The notes under the pieces were generated by a model. It saw nothing but the letters and a program-made list of their open reading frames with translations, was not told where the DNA came from and did not search any database. 64,000 nucleotides of DNA, from contig JAAFIW010000002.1 of NCBI GenBank assembly GCA_013297875.1, positions 180,627-244,626 of the forward strand. Direction: 5' to 3'. Source of the DNA: Comamonadaceae bacterium (GTDB taxonomy: Bacteria; Pseudomonadota; Gammaproteobacteria; Burkholderiales; Burkholderiaceae_C). The stretch's first letter is position 1. Every line of letters begins with the position of its first letter. Positions 57,226 through 64,000 of this stretch are shown piece after piece. Both the position numbers and the translations under genes were made by a program.

Positions 57226-60200
57226 ATGACGCAAGAACAACCCAAATCTGGCTTTAACCTGTCCAAATGGGCGCTGGACCATCCGGCGCTGACCCGCTAC
57301 CTGATGGTGGTGCTGCTGCTACTGGGCGGCGCGGCCTACTTTCAGCTGGGGCAAGACGAAGACCCGCCGTTCACCTTTCGCGCCATGGTGGTGCGCACCA
57401 ACTGGCCGGGTGCCACCGCGCAGCAAGTGGCCGAGCAAGTCACCGACAAGATTGAGCGCACCCTGCAAGAGGTGCCTTACGCCGACAAGATTCGCAGCTA
57501 CTCCAAGCCGGGCGAGTCGCAAATCATTTTTCAGATTAAAGACAGCTCGCGCCCGGCCGATGTGCCCAACGTCTGGTACACCACCCGCAAAAAAGTGGCC
57601 GACATGCGTCACACCCTGCCAGCAGGCATTCAAGGCCCGTTTTTCAACGATGAGTTTGGCGATGTGTATGGCGTGATTTACGCACTGGAAGCCGACGGCT
57701 TTAACTATGCCGAGCTGAAAACATTTGCCGACGACGTGCGCCAGACCCTGTTGCGCGTGCCCGATGTGGCCAAGGTGGAGCTGTTTGGCGCGCAGGACGA
57801 AAAGCTGTACATCGAACTCTCGCAAAAGCGCCTGTCGCAGCTGGGGCTTGATTTCGGTGCTGTGCTGGCGCAGCTGGGTCAGCAAAACGCCATTGAGCCT
57901 GCGGGCACGGTGCAAACGCCGCTGGACGTGGTGCAGGTACGGGTGGCCGGGCAGTTCAATGCGGTGGAAGATTTGAAAGCCATGCCGATTCGCGGAAGCT
58001 CGGGCAACCAGCTTAGGTTGGCCGACATTGCCGAGATCAAGCGCGGCTATGCAGACCCACCGTTTGTGAAGGTGCGCCACCAGGGCAAAGAGGTGATTGC
58101 GCTGGGCGTGTCCATGGCCAAGGGTGGCGACATCATTGCTTTAGGCAAGTCGCTGAAAACCACCTTCGCCAAAATCGAGCAAAACCTGCCGGCGGGCATC
58201 AAGCTGGTGCAGGTGCAAGACCAGCCCAAGGCGGTGGCCAAATCGGTCAACGAGTTTGTGGCCACCTTGATTGAGGCGGTGGTGATTGTGTTGGCGGTGA
58301 GTTTTCTGGCGCTGGGCTTTCACAAGCGGCAAGGGCAGGTGCCGTTCTACCGGCGCTACTACATCGACATGCGGCCCGGCCTTGTGGTGGGCATCACCAT
58401 TCCGCTGGTGCTGGCCGTCACGTTTTTAGCCATGCTGTACTTTGGCATTGGCCTGCACAAAATCTCGCTGGGCTCGCTCATCATCGCTTTAGGTTTGCTG
58501 GTGGACGACGCCATCATTGCGGTGGAAATGATGGTGCGAAAAATGGAAGAGGGCTACGACAAAGTACGTGCCGCAACCTTTGCCTATGAGCTCACCGCCA
58601 TGCCCATGCTCACGGGCACCTTGATCACCGCCACCGGCTTTTTACCCATTGGCCTGGCCCGCTCACTCACCGGTGAATACACCTTTGCCATTTTTGCGGT
58701 GACGGTGATTGCGCTGGTATTGAGCTGGATCGTGTCGGTGTATTTCGTGCCCTACCTGGGCGTGTGGCTGCTCAAGCACAAGCCCGTACCCGCAGGCGGG
58801 CAGCCGCAGCACCACGAGCACTTTGACACGCCGTTTTACAACGTCTTTCGCCGCACGGTGAACTGGTGCGTGCAATACCGCTGGATCACCATTGGTGCCA
58901 CTGTTTTGGTGTTTGCATTGGGCATTTTTGGTATGGGCAAGGTGCAGCAGCAGTTCTTCCCCGACTCCAGCCGCCCTGAAATCTTGATGGACATCTGGTT
59001 CCCCGAAGGCACCTCATTTGCGGCCAATGAGCAGGTGGTCAAGCGGGTCGAAGAGCGTTTGCTGAAAGAAGCTGGCGTGCTCACCGTGAGCACCTGGGTG
59101 GGCTCGGGCGTGCCGCGCTTTTATTTGCCGCTGGACCAGGTTTTTCCGCAAACCAATGTGTCGCAGTTCATCATCATTCCGCAAGATTTGAAGGTGCGTG
59201 AGAGCCTGCGCGTGAAGCTGCCCGCACTGATGGCGCAAGAGTTTCCCGAGGTGCGTGGCCGCGTGAAGCTGCTGCCCAACGGCCCGCCCGTACCTTACCC
59301 CGTGCAGTTTCGCGTGGTCGGCAGCGACCCGCTGGTGCTGCGCCAACGTGCCGACGAAGTGAAAGCGGCCATGCGCGAAAGCCCCAACACCCGGGGCACC
59401 AATGACAACTGGAATGAATCGGTGAAAGTGCTGCGCCTGGAAGTCGACCAATCTAAAGCCCGCGCGCTGGGCGTGACCAGTCAGTCCATCGCCCAAGCCT
59501 CTAAAACCATTCTGTCGGGCACCAACGTGGGTCAGTTCCGCGAAGGCGACAAACTGATCGACATCGTGCTGCGCCAGCCGCTGGACGAGCGCAACGCCAT
59601 CACCGACATTGGCAATGCGTATCTACCCACGGCGTCGGGCCGCTCCATTCCGCTCACGCAGATTGCCAAGCCGGTGTTTGCCTGGGAGCCGGGCGTGATG
59701 TGGCGCGAGAACCGTAACTACGCCATCACCGTGCAAAGCGACATCATTGAAGGCCTGCAAGGTGCCACCGTCACGGCCGAGCTGCTGCCCAAGCTGAAAG
59801 CGCTGGAGGCCAAATGGCTGCCGGGTTACCGCATTGAGGTGGCTGGGGCGGTGGAAGAAAGCTCCAAAGGCTCTGCGTCAATTGCAGCGGGCGTGCCCAT
59901 CATGCTGTTCATCACCTTTACCCTGCTCATGCTGCAACTGCACAGCTTCAGCCGCGCCATGCTGGTGTTCATCACTGGCCCCTTGGGCATTGCCGGTGTG
60001 GCCGGCGCGCTGCTGGTGCTGAACCGGCCGTTTGGCTTTGTGGCCTTGCTGGGCGTGATTGCACTGATGGGCATGATCCAGCGCAACTCGGTGATCCTGA
60101 TCGATCAGATCGAGCAAGACCGTTCGCGCGGCATACCCGCGTGGGACGCCGTGGTGGAGTCGGCCGTGCGACGCTTGCGACCCATCGTGCTCACAGCAGC

Positions 60201-60351
60201 TGCGGCGGTGCTGGCGATGATTCCGCTGTCACGCAGCGTGTTCTGGGGGCCGATGGCCGTGGCCATCATGGGCGGTTTGATTGTGGCGACGCTGCTGACC
60301 TTGCTGTCGCTGCCGGCGATGTATGCGGCGTGGTTTCGGGTCAAGCGGTGA
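57226..60351 (+). CDS. Efflux RND transporter permease (AcrB/AcrD/HAE1 family)
   Basis: 1041 aa, 12-TM plus periplasmic-loop architecture. N-terminal GFNLSKWALDHPALTRYLMVVLLLLGGAAYFQLGQDEDPPF. Confidence 0.9.
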   Translation: MTQEQPKSGFNLSKWALDHPALTRYLMVVLLLLGGAAYFQLGQDEDPPFTFRAMVVRTNWPGATAQQVAEQVTDKIERTLQEVPYADKIRSYSKPGESQIIFQIKDSSRPADVPNVWYTTRKKVADMRHTLPAGIQGPFFNDEFGDVYGVIYALEADGFNYAELKTFADDVRQTLLRVPDVAKVELFGAQDEKLYIELSQKRLSQLGLDFGAVLAQLGQQNAIEPAGTVQTPLDVVQVRVAGQFNAVEDLKAMPIRGSSGNQLRLADIAEIKRGYADPPFVKVRHQGKEVIALGVSMAKGGDIIALGKSLKTTFAKIEQNLPAGIKLVQVQDQPKAVAKSVNEFVATLIEAVVIVLAVSFLALGFHKRQGQVPFYRRYYIDMRPGLVVGITIPLVLAVTFLAMLYFGIGLHKISLGSLIIALGLLVDDAIIAVEMMVRKMEEGYDKVRAATFAYELTAMPMLTGTLITATGFLPIGLARSLTGEYTFAIFAVTVIALVLSWIVSVYFVPYLGVWLLKHKPVPAGGQPQHHEHFDTPFYNVFRRTVNWCVQYRWITIGATVLVFALGIFGMGKVQQQFFPDSSRPEILMDIWFPEGTSFAANEQVVKRVEERLLKEAGVLTVSTWVGSGVPRFYLPLDQVFPQTNVSQFIIIPQDLKVRESLRVKLPALMAQEFPEVRGRVKLLPNGPPVPYPVQFRVVGSDPLVLRQRADEVKAAMRESPNTRGTNDNWNESVKVLRLEVDQSKARALGVTSQSIAQASKTILSGTNVGQFREGDKLIDIVLRQPLDERNAITDIGNAYLPTASGRSIPLTQIAKPVFAWEPGVMWRENRNYAITVQSDIIEGLQGATVTAELLPKLKALEAKWLPGYRIEVAGAVEESSKGSASIAAGVPIMLFITFTLLMLQLHSFSRAMLVFITGPLGIAGVAGALLVLNRPFGFVALLGVIALMGMIQRNSVILIDQIEQDRSRGIPAWDAVVESAVRRLRPIVLTAAAAVLAMIPLSRSVFWGPMAVAIMGGLIVATLLTLLSLPAMYAAWFRVKR

Positions 60352-60479
60352 GGCCCTGAAAAGCGTCAATGGTGCCTACAAAATTTAATCTTCTACGCAA
60401 CCTGAGAAATTTGGTGTCAATGGCGCTACGCTTTAATTCCTCCGAACATCAATTTCATTTTTAACCCAGAATTTCCATC

Positions 60480-61382
60480 ATGGGCAACGCAATTGGCTTA
60501 ATTGGTTTGGGTGCCATGGGCAGTGGGATGGCCAAATCCCTGCGCCGCGCCGGGTATGCACCTTATGTTTTTGACGTTCGCCGTGAGGTTGCACAGGCTT
60601 TTGCGACAGAGGGCGGCACGGCCTGCGCATCACCCGCTGCGTTGGCTGAAAAAGCCGATGTCGTGGTGTCTGTGGTGGTCAACGCTGCGCAAACCGAAAG
60701 CGTCTTGTTTGGCCACAACAACGACAACAGCGGCTGCGCCAGCGCCATGAAGCCCGGCAGCGTGTTTGTGATGTGCTCCACCGTCGATCCCAATTGGTCG
60801 ATTGCTTTGGAAGCGCGCCTGGAAAAGCTCGGCATCTTGTACATCGATGCACCGATTTCCGGCGGTGCGGCGCGCGCAGCCAGCGGCGAGATGACGATGA
60901 TGAGCGCTGGCAAACCGGAGGCCTTTGCCATCGCCGAGCCATTTTTACGTGCGATGGCTGGCACGCTGTACAAGCTGGGCGACAAAGCCGGTGCGGGCAG
61001 CAAAGTCAAAATCATCAACCAGTTGCTCGCCGGCGTACACATCGCCGCCGCAGCCGAAGCGATGGCGCTGGGCTTGCGCGAAGGCGTTGATCCGGCGGCG
61101 CTCTACGAGGTGATCACGCACAGCGCAGGTAACAGTTGGATGTTTGAAAACCGCATGGCACATGTGCTCGCGGCGGACTACACGCCGCTGTCAGCGGTGG
61201 ATATTTTTGTGAAAGATTTAGGCCTCGTGCTCGACATGGCACGCGCCAGCAAATTTCCGCTTCCGCTATCCAGCACCGCGCATCAAATGTTCATGCAAGC
61301 TTCCACCGCAGGCTTTGCCAAAGAAGATGACAGCGCCGTGATCAAAATTTTTCCTGGTATTGAATTGCCGCAAAAGAAATAA
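60480..61382 (+). CDS. NAD(P)-dependent oxidoreductase, 3-hydroxyisobutyrate dehydrogenase family
   Basis: N-terminal IGLIGLGAMGSGMAKSL Rossmann motif and the HIBADH-type catalytic region (KVKIINQLLAGVHIAAAAEA). Confidence 0.8.
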   Translation: MGNAIGLIGLGAMGSGMAKSLRRAGYAPYVFDVRREVAQAFATEGGTACASPAALAEKADVVVSVVVNAAQTESVLFGHNNDNSGCASAMKPGSVFVMCSTVDPNWSIALEARLEKLGILYIDAPISGGAARAASGEMTMMSAGKPEAFAIAEPFLRAMAGTLYKLGDKAGAGSKVKIINQLLAGVHIAAAAEAMALGLREGVDPAALYEVITHSAGNSWMFENRMAHVLAADYTPLSAVDIFVKDLGLVLDMARASKFPLPLSSTAHQMFMQASTAGFAKEDDSAVIKIFPGIELPQKK

Positions 61383-61473
61383 ATGCATCGGAACAAGGTG
61401 CTTCATTGCGCCGCCAAGCCCTCAAGGGTGCCTTGAGGCATCCCACTCATTACACCCAATCGCTCTCAATTCC

Positions 61474-61494
61474 ATAGCTGCCTCAGCAATGAAT
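61474..61494. repeat. Dispersed repeat core copy (ATAGCTGCCTCAGCAATGAAT) upstream of tRNA-Leu
   Basis: Variant of the ATAGCTGCTTGAGCAA core. Confidence 0.45.
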
Positions 61495-61608
61495 ACAAGG
61501 GCTGCAATCACGACGCATCGGTCAGATACATGCCGTTGGATAGTGCCAGTGCGTCCATCAGCGCCGCTGGTCACTCCGTCATCGCATAAAATACGCGGTT
61601 GCCTAAAA

Positions 61609-61695
61609 GCGCGGGTGGCGAAATTGGTAGACGCACCAGGTTTAGGTCCTGACGGTGGCAACACTGTGGGGGTTCGAGTCCCCCCTCGCGCACCA
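61609..61695 (+). tRNA. tRNA-Leu (anticodon UAG), class II with long variable arm
   Basis: Acceptor GCGCGGG/CTCGCGC (one G-U pair), D-arm GCGAAATTGGTAGACGC, anticodon arm CCAGG-TTTAGGT-CCTGA with UAG at 34-36, long variable arm, T-arm GGGGG-TTCGAGT-CCCCC, discriminator A, encoded CCA. Folded by hand. Confidence 0.8.
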
Positions 61696-61748
61696 GAATT
61701 TTTCCGTCTTCCCAAGACAAGTAACAAGCACTGATTGAGAGATCCAGC

Positions 61749-63059
61749 ATGGCCGTCACCGTTGAAACCTTAGAAAAACTCGAACGCAAGATCACCCTGG
61801 TATTGCCCGTGGGCATCATCCAGTCGGAAGTCGACAGCCGCCTGAAAAAGCTGGCCCGTACCGTCAAGATGGACGGCTTTCGGCCCGGAAAAGTGCCGAT
61901 GAGCGTTGTTGCGCAACGCTACGCTTACTCCGTTCACTACGAGGTGATGAACGACAAAGTAGGCGAAGCCTTTGCGACCGCTGCCAACGAAGCCAAGCTG
62001 CGCGTCGCTGGCCAGCCCCGCATTTCAGAAAACGAAACTGCACCCGAAGGCCAAATGGCGTTCGATGCGATTTTTGAAGTGTTCCCAGATGTGCAAATTG
62101 GTGATCTGTCGACCGCTGAAGTGGAAAAAATCAGCGCTGAAGTGTCTGACAGTGCCATCGACCGCACCCTGGACATACTGCGCAAACAACGCCGCACCTT
62201 TGCTCAGCGTGGTCTGGATGCACAAGCCCAGGACGGTGACCGTGTGACGGTTGACTTTGACGGCAAGGTCGATGGTGAAGCCTTTCAGGGCGGCAAAGCC
62301 GACGATTTCCAGTTTCTGGTGGGCGAAGGCCAGATGCTCAAAGAGTTTGAAGATGCCGTGCGCGGCATGAAACTGGGCGAAAGCAAGACATTCCCGCTGG
62401 CTTTCCCGGAAGACTACAACGGCAAAGACGTGGCGGGCAAGCAGGCTGATTTCATGGTCACGATCAAGAAAATCGAAGCCTCACACCTGCCGGAAATCAA
62501 TGAGGCCCTCGCCAAGTCGCTGGGCATTGCCGATTCGTCCATTGAAGGTTTGCGTGCCGATGTGCGCAAAAACCTGGAACGCGAAGTGAAGTTTCGCTTG
62601 CAGGCGCGCAACAAGCAGGCGGTGATGGATGCACTGGTTTCCAAAGCCGAACTCGATTTGCCCAAGTCCAGCGTGCAAGCTGAAGTGGATCGCATGATTG
62701 AAGGTGCCCGCGCCGATTTGAAGCAGCGCGGCATCAAAGACGCTGACAAGGCCCCCATTCCTGACGACGTGTTCCGCCCGCAAGCCGAGCGCCGCGTGCG
62801 CCTGGGCCTGGTGGTGGCCGAGCTGGTGCGTGCCCATGAGTTGCAGGCGCGCATGGAGCAACTGAAAGCGCATGTGGATGAGCTGGCCGCCAGCTACGAA
62901 AAGCCCGCCGAGGTGGTGCGCTGGTACTTCAGTGACAACCGCCGCCTGGCCGAGGTGGAAGGCCTGGTGATTGAAAACAACGTGACCGAGTTTGTGTTGT
63001 CCAAAGCCAAAGTGGTCGAGAAGTCAATGTCATTCGATGAGTTGATGGCCAACAACTGA
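61749..63059 (+). CDS. tig: Trigger factor
   Basis: 436 aa. The N-terminal ribosome-binding region has GFRPGKVP. Confidence 0.9.
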   Translation: MAVTVETLEKLERKITLVLPVGIIQSEVDSRLKKLARTVKMDGFRPGKVPMSVVAQRYAYSVHYEVMNDKVGEAFATAANEAKLRVAGQPRISENETAPEGQMAFDAIFEVFPDVQIGDLSTAEVEKISAEVSDSAIDRTLDILRKQRRTFAQRGLDAQAQDGDRVTVDFDGKVDGEAFQGGKADDFQFLVGEGQMLKEFEDAVRGMKLGESKTFPLAFPEDYNGKDVAGKQADFMVTIKKIEASHLPEINEALAKSLGIADSSIEGLRADVRKNLEREVKFRLQARNKQAVMDALVSKAELDLPKSSVQAEVDRMIEGARADLKQRGIKDADKAPIPDDVFRPQAERRVRLGLVVAELVRAHELQARMEQLKAHVDELAASYEKPAEVVRWYFSDNRRLAEVEGLVIENNVTEFVLSKAKVVEKSMSFDELMANN

Positions 63060-63142
63060 CCTGGGTTGGGAAGAGATTTTCAGATGGGGCTTGATGCTGT
63101 CGCGTCAGGCCCCAATTGTTTTGTTCAATTCACGGAGAAACC

Positions 63143-63751
63143 ATGAGCGCACTCGACATTCAAGGCCTGGGAATGATTCCCATGGTGATTGAGCAATCTG
63201 GCCGCGGCGAGCGGTCGTATGACATTTACTCCCGGCTGCTCAAAGAGCGCGTCATTTTTCTGGTGGGCGAGGTCAACGACCAGACCGCCAACCTGGTCGT
63301 GGCGCAGCTGCTGTTCCTGGAAAGTGAAAACCCTGACAAGGATATTTCGTTTTACATCAACTCCCCCGGCGGTTCCGTGAGCGCAGGTCTGGCGATTTAC
63401 GACACCATGCAGTTCATCAAACCCAATGTGTCCACGCTGTGTATGGGCATGGCCGCCAGCATGGGATCGTTTTTGTTGATGGCGGGTGCCAAGGGCAAGC
63501 GTTTTGCGTTGCCCAATGCCAAGGTCATGATTCACCAGCCATCTGGCGGCACATCCGGTCAGGCGACCGACATTGAAATCCACGCACGTGAAATCATCCG
63601 CACGCGTCAGCGGCTCAACGAGATTTATTCAGAGCGCAGCGGCCAGCCGATTGAGAAAATCGCCAGCGACATGGAGCGCGACCGTTACATGACGGCTGAA
63701 GAAGCCAAAGACTACGGTTTGATCGACGACGTATTGTCCAAACGGCCCTGA
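63143..63751 (+). CDS. clpP: ATP-dependent Clp protease proteolytic subunit
   Basis: ATG at 63143 (GGAGAAACC Shine-Dalgarno). [11 protein letters not shown] and the catalytic Ser in [11 protein letters not shown]. Confidence 0.9.
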   Translation: MSALDIQGLGMIPMVIEQSGRGERSYDIYSRLLKERVIFLVGEVNDQTANLVVAQLLFLESENPDKDISFYINSPGGSVSAGLAIYDTMQFIKPNVSTLCMGMAASMGSFLLMAGAKGKRFALPNAKVMIHQPSGGTSGQATDIEIHAREIIRTRQRLNEIYSERSGQPIEKIASDMERDRYMTAEEAKDYGLIDDVLSKRP

Positions 63752-63858
63752 CGAAGCCTTGGGCGGTATTTTTGACCAGTGACGGCGTTCGCCCGGCGGG
63801 GCGAGCGCCGTTTGCTTGTGGTTATCATTCGATTACACGATAACAAGGTGTTATTCCT

Positions 63859-64000
63859 ATGGCCGAAAAACGGGGTTCCCCCAGCGAAAAAACCCTCTAT
63901 TGCTCCTTTTGTGGCAAGAGCCAGCATGAGGTGAAAAAACTCATTGCGGGGCCGTCGGTCTTTATTTGTGACGAATGCATAGACCTGTGCAATGAAATTA
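63859..64000 (+). CDS. clpX: ATP-dependent Clp protease ATP-binding subunit ClpX (N-terminal part; continues beyond the window)
   Basis: [47 protein letters not shown] is the ClpX zinc-binding (C4) N-domain, following tig-clpP in the conserved order. Confidence 0.85.
   Translation, partial: MAEKRGSPSEKTLYCSFCGKSQHEVKKLIAGPSVFICDECIDLCNEI

Noticed and set aside
63780-63815. Rho-independent terminator after clpP
   Set aside because: An imperfect GC hairpin (ggcgttcgcccggcggggcgagcgcc) followed by gtttgcttgtgg is plausible. The stem is irregular and the U-tract weak, and clpX begins 45 nt later and is normally co-transcribed, so I did not call it.

Overview
This is a high-GC chromosomal segment that looks betaproteobacterial (Comamonadaceae-like gene content). 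Most of the window is ordinary housekeeping and metabolic genes, all read by hand from the sequence and ORF track with no database searches. The housekeeping genes are:

- partial PvdQ-like AHL acylase, cobS, purN, a thermonuclease-family protein, a TVGYGD K+ channel, yceH
- a PimC/PimD-like acyl-CoA dehydrogenase pair
- an ArnC/ArnT-like glycosyltransferase cluster with an epimerase
- prfB with its programmed +1 frameshift, pepN, fbp
- a LuxR-type regulator with a hybrid histidine kinase
- aldo/keto reductase, LysR, HMG-CoA lyase, CoA-transferase, tctC, hpnC-like squalene synthase
- an RND efflux pair, tRNA-Leu(UAG), tig, clpP and the start of clpX

The window is unusually rich in short repeats and small non-autonomous elements. 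These include:

- a dispersed ATAGCTGCTTGAGCAA-containing repeat, present more than 10 times and sometimes in-frame inside genes
- dRS3-like ATTCCC-N8-GGGAAT inverted repeats
- MITE-like elements with TTGAACGCAGAGGACGC terminal inverted repeats
- a ~320-bp element present as an inverted pair
- a 163-bp tandem repeat

The most interesting region is 29.6-46.1 kb. It starts with an operon, all on the + strand: small membrane protein, NfeD/YqiJ-like protein, flotillin (SPFH/YqiK-like), a 1728-aa protein with a C-terminal MoxR/AAA_5-like P-loop domain, and a translationally coupled PLD-family (HKD) nuclease. The 3' end of that PLD gene has been invaded by a ~7.1-kb lower-GC island bounded by 86-bp imperfect direct repeats derived from the PLD 3' end. 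The island encodes a Hanks-type Ser/Thr kinase, a minimal UvrD-like SF1 helicase, and two proteins with no recognisable domains (one membrane-anchored), followed by an IS21-family transposase remnant. Both modules are candidate undescribed defence or conflict systems.
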